This document shows positions 1-10,344 of a stretch of DNA of 64,000 bases, piece by piece. A model generated the notes under the pieces. That model did no database searches. It was not told where the DNA came from and saw only the letters and a program-made list of their open reading frames with translations. Every line of letters starts with the position of its first letter. Positions within the stretch are counted from its first letter, which is position 1. Both the position numbers and the translations under genes were made by a program. This stretch comes from Desulfosporosinus sp. Tol-M (lineage in GTDB: Bacteria; Bacillota; Desulfitobacteriia; Desulfitobacteriales; Desulfitobacteriaceae). The stretch lies in the NCBI GenBank assembly GCA_000770645.1, contig JQID01000127.1, forward strand, positions 10,194 through 74,193, given 5' to 3'.

Positions 1-2
1 TT

Positions 3-821
3 AGTGTTGAGCTAAAAGAAGCTTTTCAGGAGTGGCTCAAGGGTTGTGATGATGCTGAGGCCTCCAAAGCAGCGACTGATAAGATCCTTGCAGGCCTTAA
101 TGGATACGCTGGGGATGAGAAAGTTCTCACAGATATTTGGGCTAATAAAGACCATCTCATCAAAAAATCTCAGTGGATCATCGGCGGAGACGGTTGGGCG
201 TATGATATCGGATTTGGAGGGTTAGACCACGTTTTAGCTGCCGGAGAAGATGTGAATGTACTTGTACTCGATACTGAGGTTTATTCCAATACTGGCGGAC
301 AATCCTCCAAAGCGACTCCGTGTGCTGCTGTCGCCAAGTTCGCGGCCTCGGGTAAAAAGATTCGGAAGAAGGATCTTGGGGTTATGGCTATGAGTTATGG
401 CTATGTCTATGTAGCGCAAATTGCTTTGGGCGCGGACATGGTTCAAACGCTTAAGGTTATTAAAGAGGCTGAGGCTTATAAAGGACCTTCTTTGATCATC
501 GCTTATGCTCCTTGTATCAACCATGGTCTCAAAGCGGGTATGAATAAGAGCGTACAAGAGCAGAAGAAAGCGGTTGACTCCGGCTACTGGCACCTCTATC
601 GCTTTAACCCGGATCTGGCGGATGAGGGTAAGAATCCATTTAACCTCGATTCCAGGAAGCCGACAAAGTCCTTCCGGGAGTTCATCATGGGCGAAGTCCG
701 TTACTCTTCCTTGCTGAACACTTTCCCGGAGAGTGCGGAGGAACTCTTTGCAGGCGCTGAAAAATATGCAAAGGTCCGCTATGATTCCTACAAACGTCTG
801 GCTGACCAAAAGTGGGACTAA
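3..821 (+). CDS. nifJ: Pyruvate:ferredoxin/flavodoxin oxidoreductase, 3' part (runs off window start)
   Basis: Frame open from position 3; contains TPP-binding GGDGWAYDIG, DTEVYSNTGGQSSKATP and YAPCINHG motifs. Confidence 0.95.
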   Translation, partial: SVELKEAFQEWLKGCDDAEASKAATDKILAGLNGYAGDEKVLTDIWANKDHLIKKSQWIIGGDGWAYDIGFGGLDHVLAAGEDVNVLVLDTEVYSNTGGQSSKATPCAAVAKFAASGKKIRKKDLGVMAMSYGYVYVAQIALGADMVQTLKVIKEAEAYKGPSLIIAYAPCINHGLKAGMNKSVQEQKKAVDSGYWHLYRFNPDLADEGKNPFNLDSRKPTKSFREFIMGEVRYSSLLNTFPESAEELFAGAEKYAKVRYDSYKRLADQKWD

Positions 822-847
822 AATTAAAAATTAACTAATTTGATTGA

Positions 848-903
848 AAGGGGCTGCCCCTCAATAGAAATTAATTTCTATTTTGAGACAGCCCCTTTTT
901 TTA
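848..903 (+). terminator. Long hairpin with U-tract after PFOR
   Basis: aaggggctg...tagaaatt/aatttcta...cagccccttttttt. Confidence 0.75.
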
Positions 904-1069
904 TTAACGTATCAGGGCGGAAAGTATAAGTAGGAAACGGTCTTGACCAAATATAAGTGGAATTATAAGAAGGGGGGGTTAGTTTTCGCGGCATAGAGAA
1001 GAAAACAGAAGACTTGCGAATAATCGACTCGTTGTCGGACAAAATAAGGCGGAGAAGGAGGGCAAAAGC

Positions 1070-2647
1070 GTGCGCGGTTGGCTGAAAATGATCAAAGAAC
1101 TTACCATTCGCCCCAAGGGAGAACGGCGGATCCGGAAGTCACCCTCGTATGCTTATGACGAGGCTCTGAACAAGCCTTTATCCGGGATTAAAGTGAAAGA
1201 GATCTTAGCGGATAGCAGCGATGTCATATTCCGGGAGTTTTTCCTTCAGGGCAAAGAACGTATACCCTGTATATTAGGGGCAGTGGATGGGCTGGTTGAC
1301 AAAAATCAACTCGACCTGTTTATCTTAAAGCCCCTGATGGTGGATTTAGTGGGACATCCGGAATTAGCCCAACTGACAGTAGCAAATGTTGTGGATCGAA
1401 CACTCCAGAGTCTGCTTCCGGGCCTTGAATTCAAAAAAATAGCCAAAATGGGAGAAGCCCTTGATGCGATCTTGACCGGCGATGCGGTTATTTTCTTTGG
1501 CGATGCTGCGGAGGCGCTGGTTTTTGGGGCCAGGGGATGGGAGAAGCGCGCCGTTACTGAACCGGTCACGGAGACGATCGTCAAAGGTCCACACGAGGGA
1601 TTTACGGAAACGCTGCGCATAAATACCTCGCTCTTGCGGCGCAAGATCAAACATCCCTCCTTGCGGATAATCTCTTTAAAACTTGGAGACATGACGAATA
1701 CCGATCTTGTGGTAACCTATATTGAGAAAATAGCAAGTCCGGATGTCGTCTCCGAAGTACTGAGCAGGCTGGGTAAGATTAAGATGGATGGCGTGTTAGC
1801 GAATGGATATATCGAAGAGATGATTGAGGATAACCCTTATTCGCTCTTTCCGCAAATCGCCTATACGGAGCGTCCGGATGTCCTGGCCGGGAAGCTTCTG
1901 GAAGGGAAAGTGGGTATTATTCTCGACGGGACCCCCATTGTTCTTGTGGTACCGACGACTTTGACGCAATTTTTGAGTGTGAATGAAGACTACTACCAAC
2001 GGACTATAACGGCGATCCCCTTCCGCTTTGTCCGCTATTTAGGAGCATTTGTAGCTCTCCTGGCGCCCAGTATATATATAGCGGTAACGACGTTTCATCA
2101 GGAAATTATACCGACAGATCTCCTCATAAGCATATCCGCAGGCCGGCAAGGAGTGCCCTTTCCGGCCCTTTTAGAGGCCTTAACTATGACGGTTACTTTA
2201 GAAGTCTTGCAGGAAGCGGGGCTCCGCTTACCAAAACCGATCGGGCAGACGATAGGCATTGTCGGGGCGCTGATTATCGGCGATGCGGCCGTGAAGGCCG
2301 GCTTGGTCAGCCCACTGATGGTGATTATCATTGGCTTGACAGCAGTAGCGAGTTATGCTATTCCTTATTACGATTTAAGTCTTGCGGTTCGGCTCATGCG
2401 CTTTCCGCTGATGATTTTGGCGGGAGTTCTTGGTTTCTTTGGGGTTTCGGTAGGTCTTTATCTGATCGCCATTCACCTGCTAGGCCTTCGTTCCTTCGGG
2501 GTGCCTTACCTGAGCCCGATATCCCCTTTGCGCATACGGTCCATGTTGCAAGATACCTTTATGAGGGTACCATGGTGGGCGATGAAGCGTCGTCCTCAGC
2601 TGCTCGATGTTGAGGAACCCCACTCCGGCGGGAAAGGGAAAGGGTAA
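1070..2647 (+). CDS. gerKA: Spore germination receptor subunit A (GerKA/GerA family)
   Basis: GPHEGFTE, FPQIAYTERPD, EAGLRLPKPIGQTIGIVGALIIGDAAV and SFGVPYLSP motifs; RBS aaggagg before GTG. Confidence 0.93.
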   Translation: MRGWLKMIKELTIRPKGERRIRKSPSYAYDEALNKPLSGIKVKEILADSSDVIFREFFLQGKERIPCILGAVDGLVDKNQLDLFILKPLMVDLVGHPELAQLTVANVVDRTLQSLLPGLEFKKIAKMGEALDAILTGDAVIFFGDAAEALVFGARGWEKRAVTEPVTETIVKGPHEGFTETLRINTSLLRRKIKHPSLRIISLKLGDMTNTDLVVTYIEKIASPDVVSEVLSRLGKIKMDGVLANGYIEEMIEDNPYSLFPQIAYTERPDVLAGKLLEGKVGIILDGTPIVLVVPTTLTQFLSVNEDYYQRTITAIPFRFVRYLGAFVALLAPSIYIAVTTFHQEIIPTDLLISISAGRQGVPFPALLEALTMTVTLEVLQEAGLRLPKPIGQTIGIVGALIIGDAAVKAGLVSPLMVIIIGLTAVASYAIPYYDLSLAVRLMRFPLMILAGVLGFFGVSVGLYLIAIHLLGLRSFGVPYLSPISPLRIRSMLQDTFMRVPWWAMKRRPQLLDVEEPHSGGKGKG

Positions 2648-2649
2648 CG

Positions 2650-3741
2650 ATGGAAAGAATCTCTCCGCATCAATTCATGACCTTAGGGGCAGCAGTACTT
2701 CTGGGAACAACGTTTCTCCCCATAGCCTCCGCGGTTACCGGAGTCGCCGGACGGGATGGTTGGATGACTGTCTTGCCGGGTTTAGCGGTAGGAATTCCTT
2801 ATGGGTTAATGGTCCTTTCTCTTCTGGCCCAATATCCCAATAAAAATTTATTGCAGATTTCCGAAATACTCTTTGGCAAATGGATAGGAAAAATTATTGC
2901 TTGCATTTATATATTAATTACGGGTTACTTTGGCGGCTTGTTACTGGCCCAAGTGGGGGACGTCTTTCAGCGGACGATTATGCCGCTTACGCCCATCGGG
3001 GTGTTCTACCTGGGAGGGCTTTTACTCGTTTTCTATCTGGTATGGTCTGGAATTGAAGTGTTTGCTCGTTTTTCTGAAGTTATCTTTCCCGTGATCGTGA
3101 TCGCCTTGCTTCTGAATATTGTCCTCCCCATACCACGGATTGAACAAGGGGAACTTCTGCCTATTTTTAGTGAGGGCTTAAAACCGCTTGGGGGGGGGGT
3201 ATTAAGAATAATGCCCTTTGCCATGGAGTATATCCTCTTCCTGGGGGGGATGCTTGCTTTTTTACCAACCGGTAAGCAAGCACTTGGTCAATTGAAGACA
3301 GGGATTTGGCGGGTTGTTCTCCTGGTGGGCATTCTAGACACATTAATTGTCTTAATTCAAATTCTTGTTTTTGGGCCTAGCGAAACGATCCGTTTGGGCT
3401 ACGGTTTCCTTATGTTAGGGAAGATGGTGGAAATAAGTCTGACCATTTCGGGGGTCGAATCCTTATTTATGGGGGTTTGGCTTGGGGCCGGGGTCATAAA
3501 AGTAGGGGCATTCTTTTTAACAACAAAGTGGGGCTTAGAAACAGGTTTTAACTTGAAAGGATTTAAATGGAACCTCGTAGTAGGCGTTGTATTTTTAGGA
3601 ATCGCCCTCGGGTTTACTAGAGGAGCGGATTTAATTAAGGAAATTAGTTTTGTCGACAATTATCTGATTTTACCTTTTGCCTCGGTATGGATTCTTATCC
3701 TTTGGGGAGTCTCACGCTGGAAGAAGGGAGCCGGTGCTTGA
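2650..3741 (+). CDS. gerKB: Spore germination receptor subunit B (APC-like permease)
   Basis: MERISPHQF start, AGRDGW, FGKWIGK, many TM segments; lies between A and C subunits. Confidence 0.9.
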   Translation: MERISPHQFMTLGAAVLLGTTFLPIASAVTGVAGRDGWMTVLPGLAVGIPYGLMVLSLLAQYPNKNLLQISEILFGKWIGKIIACIYILITGYFGGLLLAQVGDVFQRTIMPLTPIGVFYLGGLLLVFYLVWSGIEVFARFSEVIFPVIVIALLLNIVLPIPRIEQGELLPIFSEGLKPLGGGVLRIMPFAMEYILFLGGMLAFLPTGKQALGQLKTGIWRVVLLVGILDTLIVLIQILVFGPSETIRLGYGFLMLGKMVEISLTISGVESLFMGVWLGAGVIKVGAFFLTTKWGLETGFNLKGFKWNLVVGVVFLGIALGFTRGADLIKEISFVDNYLILPFASVWILILWGVSRWKKGAGA

Positions 3742-4967
3742 TGAAAGGCCTGAAGCACAAATTAGGAGTATTGATCTTGATTGTATGCATTTTGCTATTA
3801 GATGGGTGCTGGGATAAAAAGGAAGTGGAGAGCGTGGCCTTGTTGATGGGGGCAGGAATTGATCTTGGGCGGAAACCCGGGACTTATCTCCTTACAGCAC
3901 AATTTGCCCTGCCTCAAAAAGGTGGAGCGGCGGGTAGTGATATTGAAAGCTGGACATATAGTGCGGAGGTTTCAAGTATCAGAGAATTTTATGAGATGGT
4001 TTCCAAGAGCATAAATCGTGTACCTTTTGAGGGCTCACAGAAAGTTGTGGTCATCGGCGAGGATGCGGCGAAAGCCGGGTTTATCAATGTTTTGGATTTT
4101 GTCCAACGCTATTCGGAATTTCGGCGGACGATGTACCTGGTTTTAGCCAAAGGGAAAGCCCAAAGTATCTTGAATACGAAATTGGGCAAAGGACAATTAC
4201 CGGCTATGTTTATTAAAAGTAACATTGAAACAAGTCATGATATCTCAGTTTATCCGACGGTTCGTTTAGGGCATTATCTCACTATTTTGGGCAGGAAAAG
4301 TACGGCACCAATTCTCCCGGTGGTTGAGAGTATTAAGCCGGGGGAGGGGATAGGTGGAAATCAAGTAGTGGGAACAGCTGGGGAACAAGAAATGCAGTTA
4401 CGGTTACAAGGTGCCGGAGTTTTACGGGGGGACCATTTGGCTGACTTTCTGACGGACGAAGAAACCAAAGGTTTTATGTGGTTAGATAACAGTGTTGGGC
4501 AGCGCTTTATCAGTACGGTGGGCAGCGAAGAAAGTGAAGTTAACTTTGTTGGGCAGGCCTTGAAATCCACGACAAAATTCAAAGTGTCCGACAAGGATGG
4601 AACAATCGGGATAGAATACCGGATCAAAGCAAGTCTTGAGGTTGATGAAGTTCTGGGATTAAAGGAACAGCTTTCGAGTACGGAGTGGGCGGCTCTTCTG
4701 AAAGAAGCAGAAAAGAGCTTTGCTAAGGTGATTGAGAAAGAATGCGAGCTTTCCATTAAGAAAGAAAAAGAGTTGAGCCTTGATTTTTTGGGAATTGGAC
4801 GGCACATCGAACAGCAAAAGCCGGCGTATTGGCAGACAGTAAAGGATCAATGGGAGCAGAAAATTGCGGATTTCCCCGTTTCTCTGGATGTCCAAGTCAC
4901 AATACATCATTCGGGAATGTCAAAAAGCAGCCCAACGACTAATTCAACGGGAGAGGGGGCAGAATAA
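3741..4967 (+). CDS. gerKC: Spore germination receptor subunit C, Ger(x)C lipoprotein
   Basis: Lipobox-like LLLDGCWDKKE and DFLGIG motif; ATG overlaps the gerKB stop. Confidence 0.9.
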   Translation: MKGLKHKLGVLILIVCILLLDGCWDKKEVESVALLMGAGIDLGRKPGTYLLTAQFALPQKGGAAGSDIESWTYSAEVSSIREFYEMVSKSINRVPFEGSQKVVVIGEDAAKAGFINVLDFVQRYSEFRRTMYLVLAKGKAQSILNTKLGKGQLPAMFIKSNIETSHDISVYPTVRLGHYLTILGRKSTAPILPVVESIKPGEGIGGNQVVGTAGEQEMQLRLQGAGVLRGDHLADFLTDEETKGFMWLDNSVGQRFISTVGSEESEVNFVGQALKSTTKFKVSDKDGTIGIEYRIKASLEVDEVLGLKEQLSSTEWAALLKEAEKSFAKVIEKECELSIKKEKELSLDFLGIGRHIEQQKPAYWQTVKDQWEQKIADFPVSLDVQVTIHHSGMSKSSPTTNSTGEGAE

Positions 4968-4996
4968 AGGGAGAAGTTTAATAGGAGGAATATCAG

Positions 4997-5260
4997 ATGA
5001 TTAAGACGATTGATAGCCAACAGCCAATGACAACAGAAATCCAGGAAAGATTCCCAGGCCATGAAATTGTGGAGAACGAGGGAAAAGTCCTTCCAGTGTG
5101 CAATCGCTGCGCTCAAGTCCCCAGAAATGGGCTATACGACGGTTTTCGGGTCGCGGGAATGTTTTTCTGTTCGGATTGCCAGCAAGAACTGTTCATGGCC
5201 GAACAAGGCTCTCCGGAATATCAGGAATTTCTCTTTTTAATCAAAGGGCTGCTTTTTTAG
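4997..5260 (+). CDS. gin: Anti-sigma-G factor Gin/CsfB family
   Basis: CxxC...G-F-R-V-A-G-M-F-F-CxxC-Q-Q-E-L...Y pattern; sits directly upstream of yaaO as csfB does in B. subtilis. Confidence 0.8.
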   Translation: MIKTIDSQQPMTTEIQERFPGHEIVENEGKVLPVCNRCAQVPRNGLYDGFRVAGMFFCSDCQQELFMAEQGSPEYQEFLFLIKGLLF

Positions 5261-5267
5261 TACTGGG

Positions 5268-5314
5268 CAGACCCCCATGCCGCTGCGCGGCGCCACTGAT
5301 GAATGAAAATAGGT
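5268..5314 (+). repeat. Intergenic repeat family A, partial copy
   Basis: cagacccccatgccgctgcgcggcgccactgatgaatgaaaataggt matches copies at 28413, 40356 and 45383. Confidence 0.85.
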
Positions 5315-5434
5315 ACGTATCAGAACGGTGAATAATCAATGAGGATGAAAAATTCTCTAACTTATGTTAAAATATAATAAGTATGTGTCAGCGGAGGCTT
5401 TTGTTGATAACTCTCGTTGAATGGAGGTTCATCG

Positions 5435-6859
5435 GTGGGTGATCTTGGAGAGGGATTGAGTCGTTATCAAAAACAAGGATCCTGCTCTTTCCATACTCCT
5501 GGCCATAAAGGTCGACAGGAGTTTTTTAATGGCATAGATTTTCTGGGGATTGATTTGACAGAGCTTCCTGGACTCGATATGCTTCATGCACCAAGGGGGA
5601 TAATTGCTGAGGCCCAAAAACAGTCGGCTGGGATTTTCGGAGCGGAGGAAACGTTTTTCCTGATTAACGGAGGAACAGTCGGAAATCAAGCGATGTTTCT
5701 CGCTTTGGGAGACACAGCTGCTAAACGGGTTGTTGTGGAGAGAAATTCCCATCGTTCCGTTATGTCGGCCTTGGTCTTAAGCGGGTTGAAACCAGAATAT
5801 GTAATGCCTACAATTCATCCGGATTTTAGTCTTCCGTTAGGATTTGACGTGGAGAAGCAGCAGATTCCGTGGCGAGCGGTCTCCGCCTGCCATGTCACGT
5901 ATCCCAGTTATTACGGGACAGCCTTTGAATTGAACCAATTAGTGGATGAAAGAAGGCGTATGGGGCTTAATACACCGATTCTTGTTGATCAGGCACACGG
6001 GTCACATTATCTTGGACCACTATTTCCTCCAAGCGCTTTAAAGCTTGGCGCAGACCTTGTCTTACATAGCTCGCATAAGACCTTAAGCGCCCTGACTCAG
6101 TCAGCTATGCTGCATGTTCAAGGGACGAGAGTCTCCCGCACCCGTTTAAGGCAAAGTCTGGAACTTTTGCAATCCTCAAGCCCGAGTTATTTGCTGCTGG
6201 CCTCGTTGGAACGGGCTGGAGAATTTGCTCTGGATTTTGGACGTTGGGAGTGTCTTCAAGAAGAAGTCGAGGCTCTCCATCGGAAAGTGGGGATGAGCTT
6301 CCGTATTCTCTCTCAAAAAGATGTCGGAACGTATGGTATTCACACGGTAGATTGGTCGAAAATCCTGATCAATACTTTGCCGTTGGGTGTTCCTGCCCCT
6401 CGTTGTGTGGAATACCTTCGGGAAGGTTACGGCATTGAACCGGAGTTATGGGATGAGGAAAACATTCTCTTTATGTTAGGAATTGGGAACACGCCGGAGG
6501 ATATCCGCAGGCTCACTAAGGGGTTAGAAAGTTTAGCCCGTTTCGCTCATTCGGTTGGCTGTGCTGAATCAAAAAAACGAGTAGGAAACGATAGGCTAAA
6601 AATCCCTGCTTTGCCACATCCGATGCTTTCCCCGCGGGATGCTTTTTTTGCCCGGAAACGCCAAATCCCTCTCAAGGAAAGTTTGGGTCATATTGTCGGC
6701 GAAACGATCTCCCCTTATCCGCCGGGAATTCCTGTCGTTGTGATGGGCGAAGAAATGACTTGCGAAGTTCTGGATACACTGCTCACCGCTGGAGAGGGGC
6801 GTTGGCAAGGGTGGGATGGTTTTAAAAAACAAACAATTTGGATTGTCGAGGAGGAATAA
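5435..6859 (+). CDS. yaaO: Orn/Lys/Arg decarboxylase (YaaO-like, PLP-dependent)
   Basis: FHTPGHKG, RNSHRS, DQAHG, HSSHKTL, SSSPSY and PYPPGIP motifs; GTG after ggagg. Confidence 0.9.
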   Translation: MGDLGEGLSRYQKQGSCSFHTPGHKGRQEFFNGIDFLGIDLTELPGLDMLHAPRGIIAEAQKQSAGIFGAEETFFLINGGTVGNQAMFLALGDTAAKRVVVERNSHRSVMSALVLSGLKPEYVMPTIHPDFSLPLGFDVEKQQIPWRAVSACHVTYPSYYGTAFELNQLVDERRRMGLNTPILVDQAHGSHYLGPLFPPSALKLGADLVLHSSHKTLSALTQSAMLHVQGTRVSRTRLRQSLELLQSSSPSYLLLASLERAGEFALDFGRWECLQEEVEALHRKVGMSFRILSQKDVGTYGIHTVDWSKILINTLPLGVPAPRCVEYLREGYGIEPELWDEENILFMLGIGNTPEDIRRLTKGLESLARFAHSVGCAESKKRVGNDRLKIPALPHPMLSPRDAFFARKRQIPLKESLGHIVGETISPYPPGIPVVVMGEEMTCEVLDTLLTAGEGRWQGWDGFKKQTIWIVEEE

Positions 6860-7737
6860 TGAATCTACAGTTAGCACTTTTGGAGAAGGCGGCGCATGAA
6901 AACCGATTGGCACATCTCTTATTGTTTCATGGGGGAAGTGCACTGCATCAGAGGGAGGTGGCTCTCCGGTTAGCGCAGATTTTAAATTGTAGTCAGCCCA
7001 CACCGGAGGGACCTTGCCAGGAATGCTACGCTTGTCATAAAATTATCAGTGGAAATCATCCGGATGTTTTATGGCTGAAACCGCTTAAGACTACCATAGG
7101 GATCGAGCAAGTCCTCGTCTGGCAACAGAAGGTATACTTTAAGCATTACGAAGGAAACTATAAAGTTTCTGTCATTGAGCAAGCGGATTCAGTGACGTTA
7201 CCGGCAGCTAATGCCTTATTGAAGGTTATTGAAGAACCTCCGGAGCGAACCGTTATTATATTATGTGCCCAAAATGCCGAAAGAATTTTACCCACTATAC
7301 AGAGCAGAGCACAGCTGGTTTATTTCCCGGATCTTACTGAAGAAAATTGGCTAACTGGGTTAGGAGAGGCGGATCAGCAAGAAGCAGCTCGGGCCTTTCG
7401 TTTAAGTGGGAAAAACCAAAACCTGGCGACAGCTATTCTCGAGCACGGCGTATCATTGCTGCAAGAATGGCTCGAAAGGTTTCGGATTGCGGTGGAAGAA
7501 AGAGATTTTCTTAAACTATATGCGCTGTTTCCGATCAATAAGAACCAAGCCGTTTTATATTTGCAAGTCATGGCGGTACAGGCCCGAGAAGGGATTTTTA
7601 AGGGCACTATTCGTCCTTTTGAGCTTTTGGCGATCGGAAAAGCTACTGATGTACTACGACAACAAGTTAATCCGAGACTTGTGATTGAAGTGTTAGCTTT
7701 GGAATTATTCCAACAAGGAGGGGCTCTTTGTGATTGA
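6859..7737 (+). CDS. holB: DNA polymerase III subunit delta'
   Basis: Zn module C..PCQECYAC..HPD, AANALLKVIEEPP, ILPTIQSRA. Confidence 0.9.
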   Translation: MNLQLALLEKAAHENRLAHLLLFHGGSALHQREVALRLAQILNCSQPTPEGPCQECYACHKIISGNHPDVLWLKPLKTTIGIEQVLVWQQKVYFKHYEGNYKVSVIEQADSVTLPAANALLKVIEEPPERTVIILCAQNAERILPTIQSRAQLVYFPDLTEENWLTGLGEADQQEAARAFRLSGKNQNLATAILEHGVSLLQEWLERFRIAVEERDFLKLYALFPINKNQAVLYLQVMAVQAREGIFKGTIRPFELLAIGKATDVLRQQVNPRLVIEVLALELFQQGGALCD

Positions 7738-8542
7738 GGTTGTTGGCGTTCGCTTTAAACACGCCGGTAAAATATATTATTTCTCCCCGGGGGACCTTAA
7801 GCTTGCTGAGTCTGATAAGGTGATTGTTGAAACAGCAAGGGGTGTTGAATTTGGTGAATTGGTCATCCCCTCGCGTTATGTTACTGACGAGGAAGTGATT
7901 CCGCCTTTAAAACAGGTCATGCGTAAGGCAACGGCCTCGGATGAACAGTTTGTCGGGCTGAATAAAACAAAAGAAAAAGAAGCTTTCCAAATTTGCTTGA
8001 AGAAAATTGCAGAACATCAATTGCCAATGAAATTAGTCGATGTTGAGTATACGTTTGACGGGAATAAGATTATTTTTTCCTTTACGGCGGAGGGGCGAGT
8101 TGACTTCAGAGAATTAGTAAAGGACTTGGCCGCAATATTTAGGACTCGTATAGAGCTTCGCCAAATAGGAGTACGCGACGAAGCTAAAATGCTTGGTGGG
8201 GTCGGGTCTTGCGGACGGATTCTCTGTTGTACTTCCTTCTTAGGAGACTTTGAACCGGTTTCGATTCGAATGGCTAAGGATCAAAAACTCTCTCTTAATC
8301 CAACTAAAATTTCTGGAATTTGTGGTCGTCTCATGTGCTGCCTTAAGTACGAAAATGGTTGTTATAAATCCGAAGATAAAGAGCATTGTCCACGTCACAA
8401 CACTCAAGTGGGGGAAAAGATGTCAATAACTCCGGATAAAGCAAACTCCCGAGCAGAAAGCGTCTTCTCTGCAAAACCCGATGGGACACTGCAACGCAAT
8501 AGGAAAGGGGAAAAGCCCAAAGGAAAGAGTGAGAGAGTATGA
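7730..8542 (+). CDS. ricT: PSP1-domain protein YaaT/RicT
   Basis: [36 protein letters not shown]. Confidence 0.93.
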   Translation: MIEVVGVRFKHAGKIYYFSPGDLKLAESDKVIVETARGVEFGELVIPSRYVTDEEVIPPLKQVMRKATASDEQFVGLNKTKEKEAFQICLKKIAEHQLPMKLVDVEYTFDGNKIIFSFTAEGRVDFRELVKDLAAIFRTRIELRQIGVRDEAKMLGGVGSCGRILCCTSFLGDFEPVSIRMAKDQKLSLNPTKISGICGRLMCCLKYENGCYKSEDKEHCPRHNTQVGEKMSITPDKANSRAESVFSAKPDGTLQRNRKGEKPKGKSERV

Positions 8543-8844
8543 GTCAGTTGACCCAGGCCCTAACAGAAGTGGAAGAAAGATTACGTTCCCTTCTTGAAGA
8601 GGTTAACCGTTTGCAGCCTTATGTTCAAGCCTTGGAGGAAGAAAATATAAAGTTAAAACGGGAGTGGACCTTTCCTGAAAAGGAAACAGAACGTGTTATA
8701 GCCAATGCCGAACACATTCAAGGAGTAGCTCATGATAATCTTGTGCGCCTGTATCAAGAAGGTTTCCATGTCTGCCACCTTCATTTTGGGCAACCGTTGG
8801 AGGGAGATTGCCTGTTTTGTTTGGGTTTCTTGAGGAAAGATTAA
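8539..8844 (+). CDS. yabA: Replication initiation control protein YabA
   Basis: Coiled coil plus [13 protein letters not shown]...CLFC. Confidence 0.92.
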   Translation: MSQLTQALTEVEERLRSLLEEVNRLQPYVQALEEENIKLKREWTFPEKETERVIANAEHIQGVAHDNLVRLYQEGFHVCHLHFGQPLEGDCLFCLGFLRKD

Positions 8845-8948
8845 GTCAACCGGGGCATATGAAAGAGAAATAATAAGTCAAAGATGCAAATAGATTTGCA
8901 TACTGACGGACTATTTCCTTGAATGTGCCTTGACAAGGAGACGAAGGT

Positions 8949-9800
8949 ATGTTGGCCAAAGGTACGTTGTATGTATGTGCGACACCGATTGGGAATTTAG
9001 GAGATATCACCTTGCGGGTTTTAGATACATTGCGGGAAGCAGATTTGATTGCTGCTGAGGATACCCGTCATTCCCAAAAGCTTTTGCAACATTACCGGAT
9101 TAATACGCACATGACCAGTTATCATGAACATAACGAAAAGAAGAAGTCCCTGGAATTGGTGGAGAAACTAAAAACCGGCCAAACGATTGCGCTCATTTCT
9201 GATGCAGGCTTGCCCGGGATTTCTGATCCGGGATGTGAAGTAATACGTCTTTGTCTTGCGGAGAATATTCCGGTAGATGTCTTGCCGGGACCTAATGCCG
9301 CACTCACGGCTCTGGTGTTATCTGGAATGCCGACGGAGCATTTTGCTTTTCACGGATTTTTGCCTGCTGCAACAGGAGTAAGGGAAAAAAGCCTTGAGCA
9401 ACTGGCTAATCTTCCTCAAACGCAGATTTTTTATGAGGCGCCTCATCGTCTGGTGGCGACTTTACGAGGAATCTCAGAGTACTTTGGGGAACGAGATGTG
9501 GTAGTTGTGCGCGAGTTAACAAAATTACATCAGCAGGTGCACAAGGGAACCGTCCAGGAGTTAATAGAAACTTTTGAGTTAACAGCACCACGAGGGGAGT
9601 GTTGTATCGTTATCGCACCCTACGTCCCCGTGAAACCGGTCGGAGGCCCGGAAGAATGGTGCCAAGAGGTCAAAGAAGGCATAAACCGAGGGTTGAGTAA
9701 GAAAGATGCCATGAAAGAAGTGGCCAGGCGTTATGGGATAAGAAAGTCAGAGGTTTACCAGGTATATGAAAAAGAAGGCCTTCCAGGCCTTCCAAGTTAA
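8949..9800 (+). CDS. rsmI: 16S rRNA C1402 2'-O-methyltransferase
   Basis: LYVCATPIGNLGDIT, AEDTR, SDAGLPGISDPG, FYEAPHR, RELTKLH. Confidence 0.96.
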   Translation: MLAKGTLYVCATPIGNLGDITLRVLDTLREADLIAAEDTRHSQKLLQHYRINTHMTSYHEHNEKKKSLELVEKLKTGQTIALISDAGLPGISDPGCEVIRLCLAENIPVDVLPGPNAALTALVLSGMPTEHFAFHGFLPAATGVREKSLEQLANLPQTQIFYEAPHRLVATLRGISEYFGERDVVVVRELTKLHQQVHKGTVQELIETFELTAPRGECCIVIAPYVPVKPVGGPEEWCQEVKEGINRGLSKKDAMKEVARRYGIRKSEVYQVYEKEGLPGLPS

Positions 9801-9857
9801 GAATTTTGATGGATCTGTCAGTTCAGTATTTTTGTCTATGTAATTTAGGTGTGCAAA

Positions 9858-10133
9858 TTAAACGGCTGTTGATTCTACGCTCCCAGACACAGTTTCTCCC
9901 ATGGCAATTGCACATCCGCGACAGACATTCTTACCGTGAAAAAGTTGGTTATCACTTGCATTACCACAAAAAACACAAGCAGGCTCATACTTTTTAAGAA
10001 TAATCTTTTCTTGATCTACGTAAATTTCCAGGGCGTCTTTTTCGTCAATACTTAAAGTGCGGCGGAGCTCAATAGGTAAAACAATACGACCGAGTTCATC
10101 TACTTTCCTCACGATTCCAGTTGATTTCATCAT
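9858..10133 (-). CDS. abrB: Transition-state regulator AbrB
   Basis: MKSTGIVRKVDELGRIVLPIELRRTL; divergent from metG. Confidence 0.95.
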   Translation of the reverse strand: MMKSTGIVRKVDELGRIVLPIELRRTLSIDEKDALEIYVDQEKIILKKYEPACVFCGNASDNQLFHGKNVCRGCAIAMGETVSGSVESTAV

Positions 10134-10151
10134 AAAATTTCCAACTCCTCT

Positions 10152-10212
10152 TTCAACAACATCCGACAGGAAACTACAGGTTTATGATACCAATCGTTCC
10201 AATTAAAGTCAA
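10152..10212 (-). promoter_or_regulatory. Sigma-A promoter of abrB with two downstream Spo0A-like boxes
   Basis: Minus strand TTGACT-17-TATCAT (10212-10184), then TGTCGGA (10168-10162) and TGTTGAA (10158-10152), each one mismatch from TGNCGAA. Confidence 0.6.
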
Positions 10213-10344
10213 CCCCTTTTTTCATCCGGATAATAAATTTTTTTAAGAATTATTAGTTTCTTCCATATTAATTCCTAATTATGGGCATACTTAAAAATCT
10301 GAGTATTATAGATTCCAAAGATATTTGAGATGGGGGACGTTTTG

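Noticed and set aside
10213-10344. T-box leader before metG
   Set aside because: Leader is short and AT-rich, with no AGGTGGNACC T-box or terminator
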